From the NCBI GenBank assembly GCA_963709345.1, contig CAVPVX010000004.1, positions 32,001 to 96,000 on the forward strand: 64,000 nt of DNA, in the 5' to 3' direction. The notes beneath the pieces were generated by a model. It worked only from the letters and a program-made list of their open reading frames with translations. It searched no databases and was not told the DNA's origin. Made by a program: the position numbers and the translations under genes. Origin of the DNA: an uncultured Actinomycetes bacterium. Lineage in GTDB: Bacteria > Actinomycetota > Thermoleophilia > UBA2241. Position 1 is the stretch's first letter, and each line of letters begins with the position of its first letter. Positions 18,685 through 27,743 of the stretch are shown here, one piece after another.

Positions 18685-20235
18685 ATGATCGCGACCTCGT
18701 CCCCCTGCGTCCGTTTCGCCCCGTCGCCGACCGGCTACTTGCACCTGGGCAGCGCCCGTACGGGCCTCTACAACTACATCTTCGCGCGTCGGAGCAAGGG
18801 CACGTTCATCCTGCGCATCGAGGACACCGACCTCAGCCGCAGCACCGACGAGGCCATCGTCCAGATCATCGCCTCCATGAGGGAGATGGGCCTCCACTGG
18901 GACGAGGGTCCCGGCGCGCCCGGCCCGCACGCCCCGTACCGGCAGACGGAGCGCGACGGCATCTACCACGAGTACGTCGCACGCCTGCTCGAGAGCGGCC
19001 ACGTGTACCCGTGCTTCTGCTCGGCCGAGGAGCTCGAGGCCGAGCGCACGGCGGCACAGAAGGGCGGTAGCGCCTGGGTCTACTCGGGCAAGTGCCGGGC
19101 GCTGAAGCCGGAAGCGGTCCGGGGGCGACAAGCCGCTGGAGAACCGTACACGCTGCGCGTGCACGTGCCCGCCGGGCGCACCGTCTTCCACGACCTCCTG
19201 CGCGGCGACGTCGCCTTCGAGAACGACACCATCGGCGACTTCATCGTGCAGCGCTCCGACGGCACGGTCACCTACAATCTCGCCGTCGTCGTCGACGACG
19301 TGACCATGGACATCACGCACGTGATCCGCGGCGACGACCACATCAGCAACACCCCCAAGCAGGTGGTCGTCTACGAGGCGCTCGGCGCTTCCGTGCCGGA
19401 GTTCCTGCACATGCCGCTCCTGTTCGGCACCGACAAGAAGAAGCTCAGCAAGCGGCACGGAGCGACCAAGCTCGAGCAGCTCACCGCCGAGGGCTTTCTC
19501 GTCGAGGTGGTGCGCAACTACCTCTGCTTTCTCAGCACCGAGTTCGACGACAGCATGATCACCTGGACGCTGGACGACCTGGTCGCGAACTTCGACGTGA
19601 CGCAGCTCGGCACCAGCCCGAGCATCTTCGACCCCGAGAAGCTCCGCTGGATGAACGGTCGCTACGTGCGCGCCATGACCGACGAGTGGCTCGGCGGCCG
19701 TCTCGTGGAGTACCTGACGCGGGTCGGCTTCTACGGCGACCCGGCGGCGATCGGCGAGCTGGCGGCCCAGGGGCCGCAGGCTCTCGCAGCCGCCGTCGAG
19801 GGCGCCGAGACGGCGCTCATGCCGCCCGTCGTCCCCGACGAGGAGCAGGAGGCGCTCACCCGTGAGGTCGCGCCGCTGGTGCACGAGAAGATCGACGTGC
19901 TCGCCGACGCGATCCCGATGGCCGGCTGGTTCTTCCGGCCACTCGCGTTCGCGCCTGAGGCGCTCGAGCGGTTGCAGGCCACGGCGGGAGCGGCGGAGAC
20001 GCTGGCGTCCGCCGCCGCCGGCCTGCGCGCCCTCGAGCAGTGGGACGTGCCGGCGATCGAGACGCTCGTGCGCGAGCTCCCGGCCGCGCTCGAGGTCAAG
20101 CCCAAGTTCGTCTTCGCCGCTCTGCGCCTCGGCATGAGCGGCCAGACGGTCACTCCCGGGCTGTTCGAGAGTCTCTGGCTGCTCGGCCGCGACCAGGCCG
20201 TCGCACGACTCGAGCAGGCGGCTGGGCTGCTCTGA
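18685..20235 (+). CDS. gltX: glutamate--tRNA ligase
   Basis: RFAPSPTGYLHLGSAR, LRIEDTD, THVIRGDDH, KKLSKR, anticodon-binding tail. Confidence 0.95.
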   Translation: MIATSSPCVRFAPSPTGYLHLGSARTGLYNYIFARRSKGTFILRIEDTDLSRSTDEAIVQIIASMREMGLHWDEGPGAPGPHAPYRQTERDGIYHEYVARLLESGHVYPCFCSAEELEAERTAAQKGGSAWVYSGKCRALKPEAVRGRQAAGEPYTLRVHVPAGRTVFHDLLRGDVAFENDTIGDFIVQRSDGTVTYNLAVVVDDVTMDITHVIRGDDHISNTPKQVVVYEALGASVPEFLHMPLLFGTDKKKLSKRHGATKLEQLTAEGFLVEVVRNYLCFLSTEFDDSMITWTLDDLVANFDVTQLGTSPSIFDPEKLRWMNGRYVRAMTDEWLGGRLVEYLTRVGFYGDPAAIGELAAQGPQALAAAVEGAETALMPPVVPDEEQEALTREVAPLVHEKIDVLADAIPMAGWFFRPLAFAPEALERLQATAGAAETLASAAAGLRALEQWDVPAIETLVRELPAALEVKPKFVFAALRLGMSGQTVTPGLFESLWLLGRDQAVARLEQAAGLL

Positions 20236-20466
20236 CAGGCGGCTGGGGGTGTCCGCACTTGGAGCTGGTCCTTCTCCGTGCGTGGCCCGGACGGCGTCCT
20301 TGAACACCCGCCGCGCGTGGTCGGTGTCGGGTCCCTCGTCGTTCGTCCGGTAGACCCGGCGACGTGCGGGGAAAGGGGTGAACCCGGCCCGTGCACAACG
20401 CTTGCCTCGGGTTCTGATCGACGTTAGGGTTCTTCCGCAACGAGGCCGACGCGCCCGGGGGTAGCG

Positions 20467-21536
20467 ATGCGCCACTCGCTAAGAGTCACGTTGATCGCCG
20501 TTTGCGGAATCGTGTTCGTGGGGGCGTTCGCCGGTCTGGTCGTCACGCTCTCCTCTTCGCCCTCCCCCGCTTCGTCCGAGCCCAAGCTCTCGGTAGACGT
20601 CCACGTGGTCCCGGAGTTCATGACGGCGGTCTACAAGGCGTACACGGGCGACTACGCGGACCGCTGGTTGGCCCGCACCGCGGTCACCAACACCGGCGAC
20701 ACGGCCGTCCGCGACTTCCGCATCCAGTACGGCATCGCCGGCTACACGGAGGGGGCCTCGGCCGAGGAGTACCCCGTCATCCTGCCCGGCCAGACCGTGC
20801 GCGACTACTGCTACCCGGTCTTCACCCGCGACCAGATGGCGGCGATCGACAGCGAGACGCCGGCAGAGCTGACCATCACCTACGAGTGTGACGGCATGGA
20901 CCGCCCCGTCACCACCAGCGAGCGCTTCGATTTCCTCGGTCGCAACGACTGGGTACGCACCGACATCCCCGAGGACGAGCGCCTGGTCTTCCACGACTAC
21001 GGTGACAACGACACGTTTCTGGCGGCCTTCGTCACGCCCAAGGACCCGAAGGTGCAGAAGCTCGCGAAGAAGCTCACCGGCAGCCTGTTCACCGGCGAAG
21101 ACGAAGGGGCGATGCTGGCGCTGGGCCGCATCTACTACGGGCTGCGCGACGCGGGGTACAAGTACGTCACCGAGCCCGAGTCCTACTGGACCGAGGCAAG
21201 CGCCCAGCACGTGCAGTTCCCGAGCGAGACCATCGCTCGTCAAGTCGGGCAACTGCGTCGACCTCTCGGTCCTGTTCTCCGCACTGCTCGAGGCGGTCAG
21301 CGTCAAGACCTATCTGACGCTCAGCCCCGGTCATTGCCAGGTCTGCATCGAACTCCCGCGAGGAGGGAAGCATCATCCCGGTCGAGGAGACGATGGTGGA
21401 GGTCCCGAGCAGCACGTCTGCAAGACTCCATGGACCAGCTGCCTGGACGTGGTACCAGAAGCACTCCGCCGAGCAGGCGTACACGTTCATGGACGTCGAG
21501 CAGGCGTGGATGGACGGGATGGTGCCGGCATGGTGA
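20467..21536 (+). CDS. membrane-anchored protein with transglutaminase-like/Cys-protease core; several frameshifts in 21230-21450
   Basis: N-terminal TM helix; QHVQFPSETI, then in a shifted frame SGNCVDLSVLFSALLEA...PGH, then IIPVEET...DVEQAWMDGMVPAW*. Confidence 0.65.
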
Positions 21537-22300
21537 GAGGTGCGGTGGCAGTCCTTCTTCTGCTTGTCTCTGTCTGCTGGCGCCGGCCGGCGTCGCGCTC
21601 GCGGACGAGACGGCGGACGACTCGGCCGGTCAGGGCACCTACGACGTCGAGGAAACGTTCCACGTTGACGTCGACGCACTCGGGAAACGTGAGCTACCGG
21701 GATGTGCTGGCCTACGACCGCGAGGTCTTCGACGCCCAGAGTGCGGCGTTCGAGGAGTACCCGTTTCTCCTCTCTCGCCGCTACCAGGCGAGTTCGGACG
21801 TCGACGAGATCCAGGATTTCCACGCCGAGCTCGGCAAGGCCGACGCGACGGTCACGCTCACCTTCAGCGAGGTCGGCCGGGCGTACAACATGGGCGACCA
21901 CTGGGTGATGTATGGGTTCGAGACGGAGCCCGCCAGCATCACCGGGCGCGAAGTGGTGATCGAGGAGGAGAGCACCGAGAACAGCGACTACACGCTGTGG
22001 AAGGATCTTGACTTCAGGACCACCACCTTCGTCTCCTTCCCGAGCGGCACCACCGCTCTTCGCTGGGATGGGGACGACTCGGCTCTGGTCTGGGAGGTGC
22101 CGCAGCAGGCGGCGGCGTTGCGGCTCGACGACGGCAACCTGCTGCAACGCAACCGGACCGCCTTCATCGCGCTGTTCGCGGTCCTGTTGGCCGCTTCGTT
22201 GGGCGTGGGCGTCGTCCTGGCGGTGACTGGCAGGCGCCAAGTCGCCCCGGCGTCGGCGGACGCCGTTTCGGAGCGGCGAGATGTGAGCCGGCCTTCATGA
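21530..22300 (+). CDS. exported hypothetical protein with C-terminal membrane anchor; frameshifts near 21575 and 21686
   Basis: Signal-peptide-like MVRGAVAVLLLL..APAGVALA, acidic body, C-terminal TM FIALFAVLLAASLGVGVVLAV; pieced together across frames. Confidence 0.6.
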   Translation: MVRGAVAVLLLLVSVCWRRPASRSRTRRRTTRPVRAPTTSRKRSTLTSTHSGNVSYRDVLAYDREVFDAQSAAFEEYPFLLSRRYQASSDVDEIQDFHAELGKADATVTLTFSEVGRAYNMGDHWVMYGFETEPASITGREVVIEEESTENSDYTLWKDLDFRTTTFVSFPSGTTALRWDGDDSALVWEVPQQAAALRLDDGNLLQRNRTAFIALFAVLLAASLGVGVVLAVTGRRQVAPASADAVSERRDVSRPS

Positions 22301-22391
22301 ACCCGTCGAGGATGCCATAGGCGGCGGACTGACGCTCTGCCGGCACGTCGTCGGCCGGGGCCGCAGCCACGGCAGGGCAGGTGGCCCAGGG

Positions 22392-22931
22392 TCAGTCCAC
22401 GAGGCTTAGGGCGAAGAAGCGATACTCGTCGCCCTCGTCCCTCACGACCTCGATCGTCCGTCCGGCATTGCGCACCGTCGTGAACACGTCGACGCCGCAG
22501 CCCTCCAGAGACGGCCTCGCCTTCTCCGGGCTGGGGCAGTTCTTGCCTTCGGAACACGACTCGCAGAGGTCGCACGGGCCGGCGCCCATCGTCCATACCT
22601 TGTGGTAGCCGACGAGGAACAGGTCGCGCTCCAGCGCGAGCGCCGCGTCGTTGAGGCGCCGCGCCTCCGGGTCGCTGAACTCGTTGCCGACGATCGGTCC
22701 GACTTCGAGGAGCACGGCGCGGTGGTACTCGGCGAGGAGCCGCAGGGTCGTCGCGACCGGCGGCAGGTTCGGTGGGCACGTCCTGTGCACGCCCGGCTCG
22801 TCGCAGCCGAAAAGGCACTTCATGCGCACCCACTCGGCGGCGACTACGTCCGTCGCGGCGATGACGGTGGCGGCGTCGGCGCCGAGGCGGACGGCGTGGG
22901 CGCACCAGGCATCGGGGTGGCTCAGGTCCAT
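22392..22931 (-). CDS. DUF2284-like Cys-rich metal-binding protein
   Basis: WVRMKCLFGC, CPP, AGPCDLCESC, ARPSLEGCGVDVFTTV. Confidence 0.85.
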   Translation of the reverse strand: MDLSHPDAWCAHAVRLGADAATVIAATDVVAAEWVRMKCLFGCDEPGVHRTCPPNLPPVATTLRLLAEYHRAVLLEVGPIVGNEFSDPEARRLNDAALALERDLFLVGYHKVWTMGAGPCDLCESCSEGKNCPSPEKARPSLEGCGVDVFTTVRNAGRTIEVVRDEGDEYRFFALSLVD

Positions 22932-24373
22932 GGAGCTCCTCCCGGTGAGGGCGGGTCTGAGACCTCATCGCCGACCGTGCCGGGTAGTGCCGCGGCGGCG
23001 GAGGCCGCGGCATTGGCGGCGGCGGTCTCGGCCCGCAGGGCCGCGGTGGCCGCTGCCGTGTCGGCCGCTTCGGTCCGTGCCGCCGCCTCGACCTCGGCCT
23101 TGCGCCGTCCGCGCAGGCGCTTCTGCGGCGTCATGCCGGCCAGCCGGTCGACGGTCGCCGGCAGGTCGATAAGCCTGCGGATGGTCGCGTCCGGAGGGGT
23201 GGCTCCCTCCGGGAAGCGGCGCTTGGTCGGGTTGTACCAGATCGTGCGCAGGCCGGCGCGCCGGGCGCCGGCGACGTCGTTGGTGGTGCCGTCGCCGACC
23301 ATGACGGCGCGGGCGGGGTCGAGCGGCATGCCGGCCGTGCCTGTGCGCAGCAGCGCGGCGCGGTAGAAGGCGTAGTGGGGCTTGCGGTCGCCGACGTCCG
23401 CGGACGAGATCACGTCGTCGACAAGTGCGTCGAGGCCGACGCGGGCGAGCGCCATGCGCACGTCGCTCGCCGGAGAGTCGGCGGCGTTGGTGGCCACGAC
23501 GACGCGGTACCGGGCGCGCAGGCCGCGCAGCGCGATCTCGGCTCCCGGCTCGGCCTCGACAGTCTCCCACTCCTTCATCGGCCCGTCGTGGAGGCCGTCG
23601 TCGACCATGAGTGTGTTGCCCCAGTCGAGGAAGACGACGTCGAAGCCCGGTCCGGCGACAGGGAGCGGGGTGCCGGCGACACCCGCTCCGGCCGCTCCGC
23701 CGGCGACGGCCGCTCTCGCGGCGCCGGCGAGGCTCGCCTGCGCGGCGATCGCCTCCCCGGGCGTCGGCCATGGCATGACGATGCGCACCGTGAGCGCCAC
23801 GGCGAAGCCGAGGGCGAGGCCGGCGGCCACGTCCGAGGGCCAGTGCACGCCGAGGTACACGCGCGAGCCGCCCATGCTCAGCGCGAACAGCGCTGCGAGC
23901 GCGACCACGGGCCAGCGCCAGCGCGTCGGCCAGGCGATGACGGCCAGCGCGGCGGCGACGGCCGTGGCCGTCATCGTGTGCCCGCTCGGGAACGCGTACA
24001 GTGAGGCCTTGACGACGGGCTCGACACCGGGGGGCTGGCGTTGAAAAGCGATCTTGAGGATCAGATTCAGCGTGAGCGACGTCGCGACGGTGATCGCGAG
24101 GTAGACCGCCTGGACCATGCGGCCCGTCCACCAGAGTGCGCCGCAGAGGACTGCGACCCCAGCGCCCATGATCCACCATGTGCCGAGCCTGTCGTACGCT
24201 ACGGCGATCGCCGTGAGCGGCTCGCGCCGGTGAGCCTCGAACCAGACAAGCACCTTGCCGTCGAGCCCTCCGCCCGCGCGGGCCCGCACGAGCGTGGCCA
24301 GGACGACGAAGGCGAGAACCGCGACGACTGCGGCGATCGCGAAGAGGCGGCGGTGCCTCTCGTGAGCCGCCAT
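22922..24373 (-). CDS. PAP2 membrane phosphatase fused to a HAD hydrolase domain
   Basis: FPSGH and SRVYLGVHWPSDV, then FLDWGNTL, ATNA, KP, VGDGTTNDVAGA. Confidence 0.85.
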   Translation of the reverse strand: MAAHERHRRLFAIAAVVAVLAFVVLATLVRARAGGGLDGKVLVWFEAHRREPLTAIAVAYDRLGTWWIMGAGVAVLCGALWWTGRMVQAVYLAITVATSLTLNLILKIAFQRQPPGVEPVVKASLYAFPSGHTMTATAVAAALAVIAWPTRWRWPVVALAALFALSMGGSRVYLGVHWPSDVAAGLALGFAVALTVRIVMPWPTPGEAIAAQASLAGAARAAVAGGAAGAGVAGTPLPVAGPGFDVVFLDWGNTLMVDDGLHDGPMKEWETVEAEPGAEIALRGLRARYRVVVATNAADSPASDVRMALARVGLDALVDDVISSADVGDRKPHYAFYRAALLRTGTAGMPLDPARAVMVGDGTTNDVAGARRAGLRTIWYNPTKRRFPEGATPPDATIRRLIDLPATVDRLAGMTPQKRLRGRRKAEVEAAARTEAADTAAATAALRAETAAANAAASAAAALPGTVGDEVSDPPSPGGAPWT

Positions 24374-24377
24374 GGCG

Positions 24378-25112
24378 TCAGCAGCCGGCACAGGTGAGCC
24401 CGCCGAGCGCCCGGGGCAGGTCGTCGAAGTGGCGGACGAGCGCGTCGCCGGTGGAGCGTGCGGCGTCCTTGCTGTTGGCGCCGATGAAGTGGACGGCGGC
24501 CAGCCCCGCAGCCTGTGCTCCGGCCACGTCGGTGCGCTGGATGTCGCCGACGTGGGCCGCCTCGCCGGCCGCGACGCCGAGCTCGTCGAGGACGTGGCGG
24601 AACACGCGCGCGTCGGGCTTGCTCATGCCGTGCTCGCCCGAGAAGAACGTGTACTCGAAGTGAGCGAGCATGCCGTGGCGCTCGAGGATCTCGCGGAGCA
24701 CCGACCCCGGCGAGTAACCCGTGTCGCAGATGACCGCGAGGCGGTAGCGCTCGGCGAGCAGCGGCATGGTGTAGACGGCCCCGGGCGTCGGCTCGGGCGG
24801 AATCTCGATGACGAGGCGCTCGAAGTCGCGGACGAGTGGCCGGCGGATTTCATCGGGGAGGCTGACGCCGAGGGTCGCGAGAATCGCCCCGACGAGCTCG
24901 TCGCACAGCGGTGTGCGGTGCTCGTGCAGCCAGACGCGGTCGAAGTGGTCCCAGCTCGCGCGCAGCGACTCGTCGAGCGCGAGCGGCGTGGTCGTGTGAC
25001 CCGCTGCTTCGAGCGCCGCGGCGAGGATGGCGGCGCGGCGCTCCTCGCGGTCGCGTCCCCGGGTGTCGACGAACAACGTGCTCCAGAAGTCGAAGGTGAC
25101 TGCTCTCAGCAT
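24378..25112 (-). CDS. HAD-family hydrolase
   Basis: FDFWSTL, SKPD, HVGDIQRTDVAGA. Confidence 0.88.
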   Translation of the reverse strand: MLRAVTFDFWSTLFVDTRGRDREERRAAILAAALEAAGHTTTPLALDESLRASWDHFDRVWLHEHRTPLCDELVGAILATLGVSLPDEIRRPLVRDFERLVIEIPPEPTPGAVYTMPLLAERYRLAVICDTGYSPGSVLREILERHGMLAHFEYTFFSGEHGMSKPDARVFRHVLDELGVAAGEAAHVGDIQRTDVAGAQAAGLAAVHFIGANSKDAARSTGDALVRHFDDLPRALGGLTCAGC

Positions 25113-25135
25113 GCGCTAAGGGTACCAGAGAGCGC

Positions 25136-25187
25136 GCGGCCGACGACTACCGTGCGGCGCCGGCGCCGCACGGTAGTCGTCGGCCGC
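25136..25187. repeat. perfect 52-bp palindrome (26-bp arms, no spacer)
   Basis: GCGGCCGACGACTACCGTGCGGCGCC followed directly by GGCGCCGCACGGTAGTCGTCGGCCGC. Confidence 0.95.
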
Positions 25188-25189
25188 CG

Positions 25190-25405
25190 TCAGGACGCTT
25201 TGGTCTCGTGCGGCTCGCGCCAGTCGCCGGCCGGCGCGCCCGTGCGGGCGCGCATCACCGGTGGCCGCGGCCGCTCGACGTCCATCAGGGTGAGGTCGAT
25301 GCTTCCGCACGCGGGGCACATCAGCGATCGCGTGTCGTGAGGCACGCCCTCGGGTGTGCGAAAGCGGTGCCGACATTCGGCACACTGGTACTCGCTGCCA
25401 GGCAT
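25190..25405 (-). CDS. small zinc-ribbon protein (FmdB-like)
   Basis: MPGSEYQCAECRHRF...CPACGS; RBS AAGGGAG. Confidence 0.75.
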   Translation of the reverse strand: MPGSEYQCAECRHRFRTPEGVPHDTRSLMCPACGSIDLTLMDVERPRPPVMRARTGAPAGDWREPHETKAS

Positions 25406-25586
25406 CGTGGGTACTCCCTTCAGTGGCCCACATCTAGAGTGTACCCTCCCGCGCCGTTTCCCAGTGGGCAGATGTGGGTTACGACGGGGCGCGGGGCGCC
25501 CGAAGCGTGTGCCGCGCCGACAGCGTGCGACGCCGGGTGGGCGCCGGCCGGCGACAGCGTCGCCGGCGCCCGGTAGACTGGAGCGC

Positions 25587-26520
25587 ATGGCAGCCGAGTC
25601 GAAGAGGGCCATCGTGGCGGCGATCGTCGGCAACTGCGCCATCGCCGTGATCAAGTTCATCGCCGGGGGCATCACCGGCAGTTCGGCGATGATCAGCGAG
25701 GGCATCCACTCGGTGGTCGACACCGGCAACGGCGGGCTGCTCTTCTACGGCTTGCGCCGCGGCGCCCGCCCGGCCGACGAGAACCATCCGTTCGGGCACG
25801 GCATGGAGGTCTACTTCTGGAGCCTGATCGTCGCCGTGAGCATCTTCGGCATCGGCGGCGGCATGTCGATCTACGAGGGCATCACGCACATCCAGCACCC
25901 CGTGGAGCTCCAAGACCCCACCATCAACTACATCGTGCTGGCCCTGGCAATGGTGTTCGAGGCCTACTCGTTCAGCGTCGCGTGGCGGGTCTTCCGCAAG
26001 ACACGGGGCACGCGACGGACGTTCTCGCGCGATCCACCACGGCAAGGACCCAAGCCTGTTCACCGTGCTCTTCGAGGACACCGCCGCGCTGCTCGGCCTC
26101 GTGGTCGCGTTCGTCGGCGTGTTCCTCAGCCACCAGCTCGACGCCCCCGTACTGGACGGGACGGCATCCATCGTGATCGGCGGCATCCTCGTCGTAGCCG
26201 CGCTGTGGCTCGCTTACGAGAGCCGCAGCCTGCTGGTCGGCGAGGCGGCGGACCCGGAGATGGTCGCCGCGATCCGCGCGCTCGTGCTCGCCGACCCTGC
26301 GGTGACCGGCCTCGGGGCGGTGCTCACCATGCACCTCGGCCCGGACGATGTGCTGCTCAACCTCGAAGCGCGCTTCACCGAGGGGCTGCCCGCAGAGGAG
26401 ATCCACGCCGCCATCCACCGCATTGAAGCGCGGATCGGCGAGCCGTATCCTTCGGTGAGCCGCGTCTTCATCGAGGTGCAGGCGTTACGGCCTGCCTCGG
26501 CGGGTAAGGGAGAAGAGTAA
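25587..26520 (+). CDS. cation diffusion facilitator transporter; frameshift near 26027
   Basis: SEGIHSVVDTGN, HPFGHG, then KDPSLFTVLFEDTAA...TMHLGP in a shifted frame. Confidence 0.85.
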
Positions 26521-26647
26521 GCAGGGGCGCACGCACGCCACAATGAGTCGCGCCCCTCGCGTCTTCATCTGCCTCTCGACTCCGGCTCATGCCCCGGCAC
26601 GGTGAGGTTGCGTTTCCCCGTTTCTCGTCACCAGCGCCCGGAGGCCC

Positions 26648-27196
26648 GTGCTTCAAGGCTGGATCGTCTATCCGCTCGCCATCGCCGCCGCCGTCCTCGT
26701 GGGCCGGCGGGATGCACGCCTTGGCCTGCCCGCTTTCGTTGTGGCGATGCGGGTCCTCTTCGTGCTCTACCTCGGCTGGGTCGCCGGCGCGACGCTGTTC
26801 CCGCTGCCTGCCGGCTCGCTTGCCGCATCCCTGGACGCGGCCGGCCGTGGCGTGAGCGTCGGGCTGACGCCGCTGGCGTCGATCCGCGAGGTGATCGCCA
26901 CCGGCACGCCCTTCGTCCAGGTCTGGATCATCGGGGGCAACGTGCTGACGCTGGCGCCGTTCGGCTTTCTGCTGCCCTTCGCGGCGCCCCGCCTGGCCAC
27001 CGCCCGGCGCATGGCGGTCTCGGCGCTCCTCCTTCCGCTGGGCATCGAGCTGAGCCAGCTCGCCGTTTCGCTCGTGCTCGGCTACTCCTACCGCGTCACG
27101 GAGGTCGACGACGTGCTCCTGAACTTCGTGGGGGTGCTGCTGGGGTACGGCGCGTTCGCCGCGCTGCGCCGCACGGAGAGCGTGCCGGTCGAGTAA
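26648..27196 (+). CDS. VanZ family membrane protein
   Basis: GNVLTLAPFGFLLP, IELSQL, RVTEVDDVLLNFVG. Confidence 0.85.
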   Translation: MLQGWIVYPLAIAAAVLVGRRDARLGLPAFVVAMRVLFVLYLGWVAGATLFPLPAGSLAASLDAAGRGVSVGLTPLASIREVIATGTPFVQVWIIGGNVLTLAPFGFLLPFAAPRLATARRMAVSALLLPLGIELSQLAVSLVLGYSYRVTEVDDVLLNFVGVLLGYGAFAALRRTESVPVE

Positions 27197-27228
27197 GCTG
27201 GCGGTCGACACGGCGTGGGCCGCCTACC

Positions 27229-27546
27229 ATGGGGGAGCGAGATGACGGGGATGCCGGTGGCGCCGATGCGGGCTCATCGACTGGAACACCGGTGAAGAAG
27301 GCGCTCGGGCTGCTCGGCGTCGGGTTCGCTCTGGTGGGTGTCGCGTGGCTTGTGTCGCTCTTCGTGCACGGTGGGTGGGTGCTGTTCGCGTTCGTCACCG
27401 GCGGGCTCGCCGTCTTCTTCCTCATGCTGGTTCGCGGCGAGCTGGCGAGCGGGGACAAGCGCCGCCCGCCCGGCGCTTTCGGCTACCTGCTCGTCGCCGC
27501 GCCGCTCGCCGCCGCCGCCGTCCTGTCTATCGTGCTGTACGCGTAG
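27229..27546 (+). CDS. small hypothetical membrane protein
   Basis: Three hydrophobic segments; start uncertain. Confidence 0.6.
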   Translation: MGERDDGDAGGADAGSSTGTPVKKALGLLGVGFALVGVAWLVSLFVHGGWVLFAFVTGGLAVFFLMLVRGELASGDKRRPPGAFGYLLVAAPLAAAAVLSIVLYA

Positions 27547-27743
27547 GCCGCGCAGACGATCCGGCAGCGGCATCGCGGGTGGCGCCGCCCGAACGTGTGC
27601 ACGCCGCGCGGGAGCCGGCGCCGCTGCCCGCGCCGGGGCGACGAAGTCCCCCCCGGCGTGTACACTGGACGTGCCCGGTCGGCGCAGCGCCGCCGGGCCT
27701 TTGACCGTTCTTCACCCGCGACCCCGACAGAAAGACTACGACC

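Noticed and set aside
20236-20466. tRNA-Gln/Glu often found after gltX
   Set aside because: No cloverleaf, T-loop GTTCRA or CCA end recognisable on either strand.
24378-24395. HAD gene ends in CAGC-TGA; considered C-terminal selenocysteine readthrough
   Set aside because: No convincing SECIS; readthrough runs into an Arg/Gly-rich shadow frame of the next gene, which starts 5 nt later.
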